From Octopus vulgaris (taxonomy: Eukaryota): a stretch of 64,000 nucleotides of DNA. Location of the stretch: contig OX597814.1 of assembly GCA_951406725.2 (NCBI GenBank), forward strand, positions 6,448,001 to 6,512,000, written 5' to 3'. The notes under the pieces are model-generated. The model made no database searches. It saw only the letters and a program-made list of their open reading frames with translations, and was not told the origin of the DNA. How positions within the stretch are numbered: position 1 is the first letter of the stretch; every line of letters begins with the position of its first letter. Positions 38,117 through 51,982 of this stretch are shown one piece after another. Both the position numbers and the translations under genes were made by a program.

Positions 38117-39218
38117 TTGTATGTATGAATGCACTTTAATAATGCATTATACGTGTGTGTATACATACACATATATATATACACGGAACAATTGCATTAG
38201 ATCCTTTTTTTTGTTTTCCTTTTTTGTTTTTTGGCATATTTTCAATCTTTTGCAGAAATTTGACTGACTTTGAGATTTTAGTTTGTTCTTTATCAAAACA
38301 TTTGGTCATTGCTAAAAACTCTTCTAAACACTTGTCTAACGAAATCAATATTACAACTCAAAGTATACACTAATGCACATTTTATCTTCTTCTAAGATTT
38401 CTCTTTCTCTCCCCCACCACTCTCCCTCTCTCCCTCGCTCCACCAACCAAGAAAAAACCGTTCAATGGAACTTTTCATAAATCATTTGTTCTTTATTTTT
38501 CTTTGTGAGGTTAATTTGAAATTGGTATTTCTGCACTTTCAAAGGAATTCTAAACAGTTCTCTTGAGACTTGGTACCATTAGGAAGCCGTTTCGGCATGA
38601 CTTTCTAAATTACTTAAAAACCAATATTTTTCATCGGTGAAAGTCGCTCAGAAATATTCTAAAACTGAAAAATTAAAACTACTTAAAGTTTTAGTGTTTA
38701 CAGATTTAGCACAGACAAAAAAACAAAAAAAAGCAAAAACAAAATTCTGTTTCTTTGCTTTGTTTGTCTTTTTCTTTTGTTTTGAAGCCAAATCTCAAAC
38801 ATATTTGAAAATTATTGAACATACCCCCCCCCTCCCCCACCTCACTGTTACTAGATATTATTCCAATCTTGGTATGATTGATACATATTGCCAATGTAGT
38901 CCTCAGTCATTGTATGTGACCATCACCACTGAGTTGTAGTGTTTGTTGTTGTTGTTGTTTATCTGCAACCCCACTTAGTGGAAACACTGTAGTTCTGTGA
39001 CAGAGTTGGTTATAAATGGATGAAGAACTGTGACAGAGCCTGTAGCATGATTGGCAGACATTCCAGACAAGATGGGCTTCGGTTTCACCTCTGTGTGTGT
39101 GTGGGGGGGGGGGAGTTTTCTTTTTGTTTCATTTCAGTATATCTAGTTTTAAATTTGTTCAAATGTTGTTAAAAGCAGAATGGTTGTGAGATTGAGGCAC
39201 TGGACTAGATACCACATA

Positions 39219-39570
39219 ATCATCATCATCATCATCGTTTAACATCCGCTTTCCATGCTAGCATGGGTTGGACGGTTCGACTGGGGTCTGAGAAGCCAGG
39301 AGGCTGCACCAGGCCCAGTCTGATCTGGCAGGGTTTCTACGGCTGGATGCCCTTCCTAACACCAACCATTCTGTGAGTGTAGTGGGTACTTTTTATGTGC
39401 ACCAGCACAGGGGCCAGGGGAGGCTGGCAGCAGCCACAATCGGTTGGTGCTTTTTATGTGTACCAGCACAGAAGCCAGTGAAGGCGGTGCTGGCACCAGC
39501 CACATTCAGATAGTTCTTTTACGTGCCACTGGCGCTGGTATTACAACTACAATTTCTATTGATTTTTGAT
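39219..39570 (-). mobile_element. Family C element
   Basis: Same subtype as 28688-29066. Confidence 0.88.
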
Positions 39571-41257
39571 CAATAGTTCAAATCTTAGTATTGCCACTGC
39601 TGTGTTCCTGGAGAAAACATAATGGAAACGTGTGTAAGGTGCAAGCAAAACTCTTTGGTTAAAAAGTTTACTGTTGCCACATCATTGTTTTGTGTTCAAT
39701 CTGATGATTTGGAGGGGAAGCAAGTATCTTTTAGTGCAGCCTTGGCTCAACCATTGCCTGTTGAATGTAGTTAATGAAGAATGAGAAAAATTCTGCTCTG
39801 TTTGTGTGTGAGAGAGAGGGAGAATCTTCATTTAACATTCATGTTTCATGCTTTTAAGGTTTCGATGGTTTGACAAGATCTTATCAGGCCCAAGGACAGC
39901 ATGATGCTCCAGTGTCAGCTTCAGCATGGTTTTTATGACTGGACGCTCTTTCTAATGCCAAACACTCTGGGTGATATTTTCTGTGTGGCCAACTCTAGTG
40001 ACATTGCCATGCATCTAGAAGGGTCAGCTTTATGCTAGGAAATGAAGGATAAAAGTATGAAGGAAGGGGCCAGAGCAGAATGGGGGCTTTGTTGTAGAAG
40101 GCTATTCAGATATTAGAAGAGAGGGTGGAAATGATCCAGTGGAGCTGGAAAGCCATAAACAAGGGGGAGGGATGAATGGGGGCAGAAGAAACAGCAGTGT
40201 GCAGAGGCAGGAGATTAATATTTTCACTTAGAACCAAATGGATATATTTTAGCTCAACACTTAACTCCTCTATTGGCTGTAATGGTGTTTTAATTACTTA
40301 TTTCTAGAAATTTCCTAAACATTTAATTTGTGAAACATTTCTTTTATTCATGTCTGAGTTTGCGAAGAATCGTTAAAACATAGATGTTTGTCTCTCTTAA
40401 ATTACCTTCACTTAACGGCCATATTTTGTCATTAAGAGCTGATTTATTGTCAGATAAGTTGATTAACTGATAAAATTTTGTGATTTTTAACAAAAAAAAA
40501 TATTGTAATAAATCTTGAATGTTTGTTCTTTAGTGTATAACTCTGTGAGAAACACTTCTTAATATTTTGTTGATAACGATAATAATGGTTTCCTATTTTG
40601 GCATGGGGCCAGCAGCTTTTGAGGGGAGGGGTTAAGCTGATTACACCAGCCCCCACTACTTGATTCGTACTTATTTTATTGTCCCTGAAAGGATGTGAAC
40701 TCAACATAAAGACAGGTGGAATGCCACTAAGTATTTTGTCTGGTGTGCTAACAGTTCTGCCAGCTCACCACCTTAATAATAATAATAAATAATAATAATA
40801 ATAATAATGGCTTCAAACTTTGACATAAGGTTAGTAATATTCGGAGCAGTTGATCCCAGCAGTGTTTGAACTCAGAATGTAAAAGTCTGCAATGAACACC
40901 ATTAACCATTTAGCCAGGCATGCTTGTGATTTTACCAGCTTGGTGCCATAAGTTTTTGGTGTGGGCCCAATGACTGAAAATTTGTAGGAAGGGTTTATTC
41001 AAACCACCCCCAATATTTCACTGGTACTTCATCGACCAGTTAAAAGATGAAAGGGGGCAAAGTTAACCTCAATGGGATTTGAATGCAGAACATAGTTCAT
41101 ATAACTACCACAAGGCATTAAATCCACATTGACCACACTAGATTACAAACCCTCATTTACGAATATTAATCTTATGTTCTCCTTTTAGTGACTCTATTGT
41201 TAATGTTGAGGATTCTGTGAATCATAATTTCCCTGTTATTTTGTGTTTGTCTTTGGT

Positions 41258-42035
41258 TGTGTGGCACCTTGAGCAAGTCTCTCATACTGTAGCCCAGGAC
41301 TGGGCAAAGCTTTGTGAGTGGATTTGGTTGATAGAAACTGAAAGAGACCTCTCGTGTATGTGTGTGTATATATATATATGGCCCCCGTGCCGGTGACACG
41401 TAAAAGCACCGTCCGTTCGTGGCCGTTTGCCAGCTCTGTCTGGCCCCGTGTCGGTGGCACGTAAAAGCACCGTCCGTTCGTGGCCATTTGCCAGCTCTGT
41501 CTGGCCCCGTGTCAGTGGCACGTAAAAGCACCATCCGCTCGTGTTCGTTGCCAACCTCGGCTGGCCCCGTGCCGGTGACACGTAAAAGCACCATCCGTTC
41601 GTGGCCGTTGTGCCAGCTCTGTCTGGCACCTGTGCAGGTGGCACGTGAAAAACACCCACTACACTCGAGGAGTGGTTGGCGTTAGGAAGGGCATCCAGCT
41701 GTAGAAACACTGCCAAATCTGACTGGGCCTGATGAAGCCTTCCGGCTTCACAGACCCCGGTTAAACCGTCCAACCCATGCTAGCATGGAAAACGGACGCT
41801 AAATGATGATGATGATGATGATATATATATATCGAGAGAGAGAGAGAGAGTTCTTGACAACCAGTGTTTGTGTGTTTACATCCCCCATAATGTTGTAGTT
41901 TTGCAAAAACAGATCAATCAAATAAGTACAAAGTTTTAAAAAAAAAGTAAGTACTGAAATCAATTCATTTGACTAAAATTCTTCAGACCAGTGCTACAGC
42001 ATGGCCACAGCCTCATGACTGAAACAAATAAAAGA
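41258..42035 (+). mobile_element. Diverged SINE A split by a family C element (41380-41821, about four 61-bp units) in its internal microsatellite
   Basis: A head 41258-41375 and A tail 41850-42035 flank a C element ending in (ATG)n. Confidence 0.88.
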
Positions 42036-43101
42036 TATGATCGCTTTGTAGTGATAGATTCTGACTGTGAAAGCTGTCGATGACATCATTGCTGGTTCTT
42101 CTTCTTGTTACATTATGGCCTTACGGACCTCCTAACCCTAAACCTTGAGTTAAATATCTTTCGGTCATTTTTTACTCTGGAATTTGGCAATTTCTTTGTC
42201 CTGATTTAGATTTTATAACACCAGGAGAACTGAAAGCTTACAACTCAAAAAGAACAAGTTCACGTGGAAGAGGACAGCATCAATACAGCAAACCCTGATC
42301 GTAATTTGTACTAATAATTTATAGATTGAAATAAACAGACGAGTGGTTTTATTTGGGTCATGATTGTATGCTGTATAAGTTATTCAGTTTAAGTAGAATG
42401 GTGTAAATACAGATGGTGCATGCTTATTGTAACTAATCTAAATATATTGTCAGAGCACGCAATCCATTTACTAGCAATTTGCCACCGAACAATAAATCTG
42501 TGGAAATTATGGTTAAGTGCTGTTATCTAATCAACCTGTTCTTATGTCTGCAATGGAAAAGCCATAGTTACAGAATAATTTGGTACTAAAGAGAACTTTT
42601 GTCCGGAATGATTACAAATAGATCATTTTATTAATGGCAGTCTGTATAAAAGATGAACCAAATAGAGAGTTTACAAAACTCGAAAAGAAATCAAATAAAT
42701 TTCCCTGGTTTCTATTTTATGGTGTAATATTAATCAGCAAGGATAATATTTCAGATGAGTTAAGTCTGTACAAAGCACCCACAATTACAAAGCAAGATTG
42801 TTCGTTTAGAGTATTAATTAGCTTCAATAATTAAAGTACAACTGATCAATAGTATTACCGGTTTTCAGTATCAGGTGACAACAATTATTAAAGAACACCA
42901 CAATATTTGTGAGGGGAGGGCAATGTTGGATTGTGATATATTACAGACTTCTCCAAATCCCAGCTCTTTCAGATAGATTTGTATTAAGGATCACTTGCTG
43001 CTTTATAAAGTAGATTTGTCCGTCTCCCTTATTCTAATGTCCCTCATCCTTATTCTAATATCTACTTTCTGCATTAAATTACATGAAGACGTAAATTCTG
43101 T

Positions 43102-43393
43102 ATCATTCATCATCATCATCATCATTTAACGTCCTTTTTCCATGCTGGCATGGGTTGGACAGTTCAACTGGGGTCTGGGAAGCCAGGAGGCTGCACCAGG
43201 CTCCAGTCTGATCTGGCAGTGTTTCTACAGCTGGATGCCCTTCCTAACGTCAACCACTCCGTGAGTGTAGTAGGTGCTTTTTACATGCCACCGGCACAGG
43301 GGCCAGAGGAGGCTGGCAAACGGCCGCGATTGGTTGGTGCTTTTATGTGTCACCGACATGGATGCCAGTCAAGGCGGTGCTGGCATCTGCCAC
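43102..43393 (-). mobile_element. Family C element
   Basis: Body and tail. Confidence 0.88.
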
Positions 43394-44861
43394 AAATATG
43401 TCTTTATTTAAGAAGATAGATAAGAACAAACCGAGCACTCATATTACAATGACCAGACCTCTACATGTTTGTATGGCCAGCTAGAAATAATCACCAAATC
43501 TTCCAATTTCATCTGACTGTCTTAAAAGAGGAAGGACACATACAGTCCCGGTTAATGTAGTCTGAGGTTGACCATACCTTAAACAAAAACTGGATAATCA
43601 CACTTTGACCATTTGTTTGCTTAATGAAGCTGACCCTGAGCTTTACGACCATTGTCATCGACATCACCACCACCGCCACAAAGCACTCAATACTCTTCGA
43701 CCAGTAGCCATATTTCTGCTAACCCTGACTTTGTTTCTCCATTTCATACAGTTTCTTATCAAAACTCTATTTCAGAATTCTCTTCGTCCATAGAAATCTG
43801 GCATTTTGACACAAATTTTAATTGCAAAGGAAACAATTCTGACAACTACCAATTCCACGTGTCTTCAGCTGCAGTGTTGTTGGTGTTGTTTAGTCTTTTA
43901 GGAGAAATATCTTTCTTTTAATATTTTCTCCACTAACAGCCAAATATATTTGTTCTTTACATCGTTTTACATTCTTCTCACTATTTTATTCCAAACTGCT
44001 GAAGTAGATTGAATTATTTTTATTTTATTTTCAAGACATTCTTCAAATTACAGAATGGAGAATCTCATGTAATTTCATTTGAAACCTATTTTTTAAAACT
44101 GTGTTTCTGTGTGTCCTTCCTAGCCAACCGGCCAGCTAAGTAGGAATTTTCTGTAAATGGATATAAGCCAATAATAATGGTAGTGGTAATGGTCTCAAAT
44201 TTTGGCACAAGGCCAGCAATTTTGGGGTAGGGGGTTAAGTTGATTACATTGATCCCAGTATATAACTCGTACTAATTCATTGACCCTGAAAGAATGAAAG
44301 ACAATGTCAACCTCAGTGGAATTTGAACTCAGAATATAATGATAGATGAAGTGGCGTGAAGTATTTTGTCCAGCTTGCTAACAATTCTGCCAGCTCACCA
44401 CCTTGATGATAATGAGAAGAAGAAGAAGAAGAAGAAGAATTAGAATGAGGCATGGGGGTGGGGTAAGAAGTTTGCTTCTCGACCATGGGGTTTTGGGTTC
44501 TGTCCCATTGTGTGATACCTTTGGTAAGTGTCCTCTAATATAGCCCCAAGCTAACCAAAGCCTTCTGCGTTGATTTGGTCGATGGAAACTGAAAGAAGCT
44601 TGTCATGTGTGGGTTACTCTCACTTAGACTTGACATCATATGGTGTCAACATTTGTTCTTCACCCCGCCCGCCCCCCTGCCACCAGGTCTATGTCAGTCT
44701 GTCTCCCAGTTTCATGAGATTCCAATCTTTTAAAACTTATTTCTGGAAAATCTTTTCCTTGGTGCAAATCAGTTTCCAGATTTGTCAAAAACTTAAAATT
44801 TTGTTTAAAGACATTTTGTTTGCAAGTTATGTGCACCATTTATTTTCATAATTCTACTTTG

Positions 44862-45185
44862 GCAAATGGCTCAGTGGTTAAAGCTCACAATCATGATGTA
44901 GTGAGTTCAATTCCCAGACCGGGAGACGCGTTGTGTTCTTGAGCAAGACACTTTATTTCACGTTGCTCCAGTTCACTCATCAGTAGAAATGAGTTGCCTC
45001 ATCACTGGTGCTAAGCTGTATTGGCCCCATTTTCTTTTCCCTTAGATAACATTGGTGGCATGGAGAGGAGAGGATGGTATGCATGAGCAACTGGTGGTCT
45101 TCCATAAACAACCTTGCCCAGAAGGGGAACTTTCTAGGTGCAATGCCATGGTCATTCCTGTCCAAAGGGGGTCTTTACCCTTTTA
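44862..45185 (+). mobile_element. SINE family E
   Basis: Homologous to 859-1200. Confidence 0.85.
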
Positions 45186-45227
45186 CCTTATTAAATATCT
45201 CCCATAACCCGAGACTTTTGACAGTAT

Positions 45228-45678
45228 GCCATGCTTGAGAAGACCCTTCAAGCCAAATGAGATCATAATAATGACCAATGCCCAGTGTTGCATAACTGGC
45301 ACGTAAAAAGCACCCTTCAAATGTTGGGTGATATGCTGTGCTTGCAAAGACCTGTCAAGCCGAGTGAAATTGTAGTCGTGGCTGGCACCAATGCTGTCTG
45401 ACTGATATCCATGCTGGTGCCATTTGAGTATTGGGCATCATAGAGTCAATGGCAGGTGACCAAGGCCTTTGGTGATACACCATGCTTGTGTAGATCTGTC
45501 TAGCCAAGTGAGCCCATAGTCGTGGCATGTGTCAGGTCAGAGGCACCCATTACACTCTTGGATTGGTTGGCATTAAGAAGGGCACACAGCTGTAGAAACC
45601 TTGCCAAATCAGATCGGAACCTGGTGCAGCTCCCATTCATGCCAGCAGGGAAAACAGATGTTAACTGATGATGATGAA
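45228..45678 (+). mobile_element. RTE ORF-end-like repeats leading into a family C tail
   Basis: Three variants of tgcttgagaagacc..tcaagccaa, then ggttggcattaagaagggcacacagctgtagaaac and (ATG)n. Confidence 0.7.
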
Positions 45679-46075
45679 CCAACTCTTCTTTTAAAGTGGA
45701 TAAAATAACATGAAGCATGAAACTGACCCCTGTTTGTTGTGAAGGATGAGATTAAAGGCAGCCTCCCTTCTCTTTTCTCTTCCTTTTGATGTATTAACAA
45801 CTGAATCCTGAACTCCCTTCTTTATTGACGACAAACGAGATAATGATTTCTAGCCCTGATTTTCCCTTTCGTTTACCTCTTGGTGTTACAGTAGTGACTT
45901 GTGGTTGTTATTCCCTCACAACTACACTAGCCATGATTCCACATGTAATGTTTAAGGTGGTAAATGTGGCGTTCAAGGTACATGAGTAGATGAAGTTTTG
46001 CAAATGTAGTGTTTTGCAGATTTGGTATTTAAGGTTCGGGGTGACTAAAGTGATTTTTTTCTATAATTTTGACAT

Positions 46076-47417
46076 GTCACCTATAAACTGTGCCACTGTG
46101 TCCTCCTGTCACCTATAAACTATGCCATTGTGTCCTCCCGTCACCTATAAACTGTGCCACTGTGCCTGCCCGTCACCTATAAACTGTACCAATGTGTCCT
46201 CCTGTTACCTATAAACTGTGCCACTGTGTCCTCCCGTCACCTATAAACTGTGCCACTGTGTCCTCCCATCACCTATAAACTGTGACACTGTGCCCGCCCG
46301 TCACCTATAAACTGTGTCACTGTGTCCTCCCGTCACCTATAAACTGTGACACTGTGTCCTCCTGTCACCTATAAACTGTGCCACTGTGCCCTCCCGTCAC
46401 CTATAAACTGTGCCACTGTGTCCTCCCGTCACCTATAAACTGTGCCCGCCCCCGTCACCTATAAACTGTGCCACTGTGTCCTCCTGTCACCTATAAACTG
46501 TGCCACTGTGTCCTCCTGTCACCTATAACCTGTGCCACCCATAAACTGTGTCACTGTGTCCTCCCGTCACCTATAAACTGTGCCACTGTGTCCTCCCGTC
46601 ACCTATAAACTGTGCCACTGTGTCCTCCCGTCACCTATAAACTGTGCCACTGTGTCCTCCCGTCACCTATAAACTGTGCCACTGTGTCCTCCCGTCACCT
46701 ATAAACTGTGCCACTGTGTCCTCCCGTCACCTATAACCTGTGCCACCCATAAACTGTGCCACTGTGTCCTCCTGTCACCTATAAACTGTGCCACTGTGTC
46801 CTCCCGTCACCTATAAACTGTGCCACTGTGTCCTCCTGTCACCTATAAACTGTGCCACTGTGTCCTCCCGTCACCTATAAACTGTGCCACTGTGTCCTCC
46901 CGTCACCTATAAACTGTGCCACTGTGTCCTCCTGTCACCTATAAACTGTGCCACTGTGTCCTCCCGTCACCTATAAACTGTGCCACTGTGTCCTCCCGTC
47001 ACCTATAAACTGTGCCACTGTGTCCTCCCGTCACCTATAAACTGTGACACTGTGCCCTCCCGTCACCTATAACCTGTGCCACCCATAAACTGTGTCACTG
47101 TGTCCTCCTGTCACCTATAAACTGTGACACTGTGTCCTCCCGTCACCTATAAACTGTGACACTGTGCCCTCCCGTCACCTATAACCTGTGCCACCCATAA
47201 ACTGTGTCACTGTGTCCTCCTGTCACCTATAAACTGTGACACTGTGTCCTCCCGTCACCTATAAACTGTGCCACTGTGTCCTCCCGTCACCTATAAACTG
47301 TGCCACTGTGTCCTCCCGTCACCTATAAACTGTGCCACTGTGTCCTCCCGTCACCTATAAACTGTGCCCTCCCATCACCTATAAACTGTGCCACTGTGTC
47401 CTCCCGTCACCTATAAA
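46076..47417. repeat. 32-bp minisatellite (gtcacctataaactgtgccactgtgtcctccc), roughly 40 units, decaying to about 47660
   Basis: Head-to-tail units without spacers; recurrent longer variant containing acctgtgccacccataa and shorter deletion variants. Confidence 0.97.
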
Positions 47418-47917
47418 CCGTGTTATTGTATCTTCCTGTCTCCTATAAACTATATGCCTCTGTCTTCCTGTTTTTTTGTAAACTGTCCCCACTGTGTCCC
47501 CTTTGCCAATCTTTATAACAACTAAATGACTGTATCCTCTTGTGTCTCATAAACGGTTCCACTGTGTCTGCTTTAGAAACCTCATTACTCTGTCCCCTTG
47601 TTGCTTATAATCTGCACCATTGCACCCTCTTGTCTTACGTAATGTGTGTCCCTCTGTCCTCCTGTCCCCTTCGTACTTTATCACTATTGCCTGATATCTT
47701 TTATAAACAACAACTATAAATACATTTTTTTTTTTTTGCAGGGTGGTGGCAGGACTCCTTTTTTAGTATGTATATGTGGGACATATTGTACCAGGATTAT
47801 AAACAGAAATGGTAAGACAATCATGTTATCAATTTGAGTTTATCCTTATAAGAATTTCAAGTATTGAGAATAGTGAACCAGTTTGTGAAAATACGGCATC
47901 CATCTGAAGGTTGTTTA

Positions 47918-47990
47918 CTAAACTCTTTGATGGTCTTCTAGAGGAAATCTTTGTTTTATTGTTAGTATTGGTTGTAGCAAACCACATTTT
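47918..47990 (-). CDS. Possible downstream/terminal exon of the same gene: (R)KCGLLQPILTIKQRFPLEDHQRV*
   Basis: Acceptor ttcttccaaatgttttacag; phase 2 is compatible with exon 63641-63745. No other support; speculative. Confidence 0.2.
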
Positions 47991-49989
47991 CTGTAAAACA
48001 TTTGGAAGAATGATTAGTTGATATATTTTCAATACAAAATCAAAAGATTATGTTTTATCAATTTATTTTCGGCTGTTCTCTTTCATTGCATAGATATCAG
48101 TTATATAGTTTCCAGGTGGTTTTGTCTCTATATATTTTTTTTTAAATTACCAAGTTTTTATTTGTTGAAAGTTGCTTGATTTTAGATTTATCTTCTTTAT
48201 TTTATACTCCTTAAACCATTGAGAAGTATCGAAACCGGTGGAGTTTTATCTTGTTTTGGGCACTAATACCCCTAATAGAAGCTCCACTAGAGTTCATTGG
48301 TCAAGCAATTGGCCAAATATATACCAACTCTGTTCTCTCTATTGTACGCCAACCATACAATAAACACCCAGTGTTGGCATTAGGAAGGGCATCCAGCCAT
48401 AGAAACCATGTCAAATCAGACTGGAGTCTGGTGCAGCTTGCCAGCTCTGGTCATACCATCCAGCCCATGCCAGCATGGACAATGGACATTAAATGACGAT
48501 GATTGCACTGCAACTATACAAAATTCAGGTGAACCAGGAAGGAGTTCTCTATGTCTAGAATAAGAAACTCCTTGTCACAAACGATATAACTTTCATTAAA
48601 CCTTGAAAGTGATCAGTGATAAGATCCTAAGGCCAAAACATTAATTTTGTCTGAGTTTCTAACATATGTTCTTGAGGTCAGTGTGTTGGATCTGATAGGG
48701 TGATAGGGTGGTGGGTTTGATTCCTCATCTAATTGCTACATTGTGTCGTTGAGCACTTCAGTTTACTCAGCCTGTAAATCCTGTATCTGGTACTGGTGCA
48801 GCTTCACTGCCCAACTCCCTGTCACATGCTGGTTCTCTGACTTGATCAAGATTCAGGAATACACAGCCTCACAGTTGAATTATTCTACAGTAACATGAAA
48901 GATACCATTTTGGAAGGGAGATTGTAACTCTGTCAGCATTTGGTTTCTCAGCTCTCAATGCCAACACACACCTATCCTCTGGATAAAACCTGGGTGCATA
49001 ACTTCCAGGAGTCTACTCACAAGAGAGATCTCAGCCAAGGAAATGCAAGATTTCAGAGGTTGAGTACACCAACACCTTTTGTTATTCTCCCACTTATGGA
49101 ACCACAGGGAACGAACAGTAATCAACCTGTGACAAATCTATAACCAAACCAGAATTCATCCAGAATCCAAATATTTTTTAATCCAAGAAGACAAAACCTT
49201 TTATTCTTTTATTGGTTTCAGCTATTAGATTTTGGCCATGCTGGGGCAATGTCTTCAAGATCGCAATCAATCTTTTCAAACCCAATTCTGATTTTTTTTG
49301 ATCTTTGTTTGTGACACCACTAAGTTAAGGGGCATAAAAGGATACAACTTATATAATACCAATTTTGTGAATGGTGCAAATATAAAACACACACACATCT
49401 GGCACAAGACTGCTTCCTTTCAATGCCACATCCTCTCTCAAAACATCTTTGTCTTGCAGGCTACTTAGTTGACCCTGTCAGTCCACACTGGAAAGTGATT
49501 GACGTTTGGAAGGGAATCCAGGTGTTGAAAAAGCCATGCCAAAACTAACATTATCTGTGCTGGTGCCACATAAAAAAAAACACTCAGTCCACTCAGCAGA
49601 GTGGTTGGTGTTAGGAAGGACATCGAGCAGTAAAAAAGGTGCCAAAAACAGAGACAGAAGTCTGGTGCAGGCTTCTGCCTCGCCAGCTTCTTATCAAACA
49701 ATCCAACCCATGCCAGCTTCGAAGGCAGACGTTAAATGATGACAATAAAACAAAACATAAAAGATATTCACTTACACCATCTTACATATATTTCATAAAT
49801 ATAAGGTGATTATTAGGTATGTAATGTAAATCATAGAATTAAGATTGATCAAATCATCAGAGACTTGTATCTTTTATACATAACATTATTAGATTATAGA
49901 AATGTTGATAGAATCAACCACACACGTACATGCTTGCATCTGTTTAAAATCTTCTTCCATTTATACATTTGTATCAATATATAATTCTT

Positions 49990-50022
<33 letters not shown>

Positions 50023-50026
<4 letters not shown>

Positions 50027-50042
50027 GTTTTATATAGACACA

Positions 50043-50080
<38 letters not shown>

Positions 50081-50100
50081 TGTGTCTATATAAAACTCAC
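50023..50100. repeat. Palindrome with perfect unique-sequence arms around an (AT)n core
   Basis: gtgagttttatatagacacagacat...atgtctgtgtctatataaaactcac. Confidence 0.92.
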
Positions 50101-51246
50101 TCATTTATGTACGTCTGTAAATATATAAAACTTGTATTCCATTTATACATTTATATATTGAAGTCTGTGTGTCTGCATAAAAAGTTTTGGAACCACTGTA
50201 TTTGTTATTTAAAGCAAATTCTTTCAGCAACTCTTTTCCTAATTCTCATTTACAGAGCAGCATTTCCTTTCCTAAAATAGAAAACTAAATTCAAATGTTA
50301 TGAAATTAAAAAATCTCTGCTGCTATTTTGTCTTTCCATCAACACTTGTGGCACAAATTTTCATACTTGAACTGACGTTTCAGCAGATTAATTCCTCCTC
50401 TTTGGGAAAATGTCTTTAAATAAAGGAATGCTTAAAGAGTCAGCATCCCAAGGAAGTGCCTTGTAGATGTTTTTTGAGTATTACCTGTTCAAGAATGGAT
50501 TTTTTGAGGAAAGTTTGTAGTTCTTGTAGACTGCTTTCTTTCTCTGTCTAAATTTCCTCTGTTAACAGCTTAGCATTTTTCCCATCCCCATCAAGTGTAA
50601 CGGTTGTTCTACTAATTTGTAAAATCAATAAATAGATAAAATTTTGTATTCTTGTCAGTGTACCTTCATCTTGTATCCATTGAGAAGTAATACCAAATAT
50701 TTTCATTTCAATATGTCTGTGTGTGATGTGGAATTTGAAACCTGTGTGTGTAGTTACAAGTAGTTGTTTGCAAATATATTTCCTGCAGGGATGCTTCAAC
50801 AGGGTCAGTATCCCTATTTTAATGGATGCAATTTCAACCCCTTACTTGCACACCTGTCTCCTTTCTCTGCCTCTTCTATTGCTATTACAGCAGTCTCTGT
50901 TCTTTGGAATTGGTTGATCATCTTAGCCACTCTCAACTCACATGTCTCTTCTTTTTCTGTCCCCATTTTTTATGTCTTCACCCCCACCTCTTCACTAACC
51001 ATCATATCCAGTTTCTCATCCAAAGAACATCCATCTTTTGGACTTACCCCACAGTCCATGATTTCCATGCTGCCATTGACTCAAAACTTCAGGGATTTCA
51101 CTGATCATTAGTAGAAAAACGTTTGCTTTTGTAAATGTTATTAGATGAGTTTCTTAATTAGCATTCTTAACAACATTACTGATACAGAGATGTACTTGCA
51201 TAGCAAGTGACCTGACCTGAGATCGTGTGCTGGAACGAAAACAATT

Positions 51247-51410
51247 GCAGTGTGGAAGGTGTTTGTAAGCCATTTAAGAAACACACAAAAGCCGTTAGAG
51301 TCACTTCAACATTCATATTTAATTAAATTTGTCGTTAAATTTAAATGTTGAAGTGAATCTAACAGTTTTTGTGTGTTTCTTAAATGGCTTATAAACACCT
51401 TCCACGCTGC
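51247..51410. repeat. Fold-back inverted repeat, 67-bp arms, 30-bp AT-rich spacer
   Basis: 51247-51313 is the reverse complement of 51344-51410 with few mismatches. Confidence 0.92.
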
Positions 51411-51682
51411 TTTTGATTACTGCTACACTTCTGCATAATCTACAGAAAGCACATATTTCTTAAACAAGACACACAGTCTTCCCAAACAGACAGTTTACAG
51501 ATGTTCTGAATCAAGTCTACAACATAATTTCAGTCCTTGATTCTACTAATTCCATTTTAATTATGTTGCTTCCTCTTAACAGAAACCCACGTGGTATCAC
51601 CACTCCCTCATCTCTTTTCTCCTTCCTTTCATCTCCATAACATCATCAAAAAGTCATTTCATTGGTTATTAACAATAATTCA

Positions 51683-51982
51683 ATCATCATCATCATCATT
51701 TAGCGTCCGCTTTCCATGCTAGCATGGGTTGGACGGTTTAACTGGGGTCTGGGAAGCCAGAAGGCTGCACCAGGCCCAGTCTGATCTGGCAATGTTTCTA
51801 CGGCTGGATGCCTTTCCTAACGCCAACCACTCCATGAGTGTAGTGGGTGCTTTTTACGTGCCACCGGCACAGGTGCCAGATGAGGCTGGCAAACGGCCAC
51901 GATTGGATGGTGCTTTTTACGTGCCAACGGCACGGAGACCAGACGAAGCTGGCAACGGCCACGTGCCACCGGCATGGAGGCC
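51683..51982 (-). mobile_element. Family C element
   Basis: Body and tail. Confidence 0.9.

Noticed and set aside
46076-47417. CRISPR array (32-bp repeats)
   Set aside because: Units are contiguous with no unique spacers, there are no cas genes, and the context is eukaryotic.
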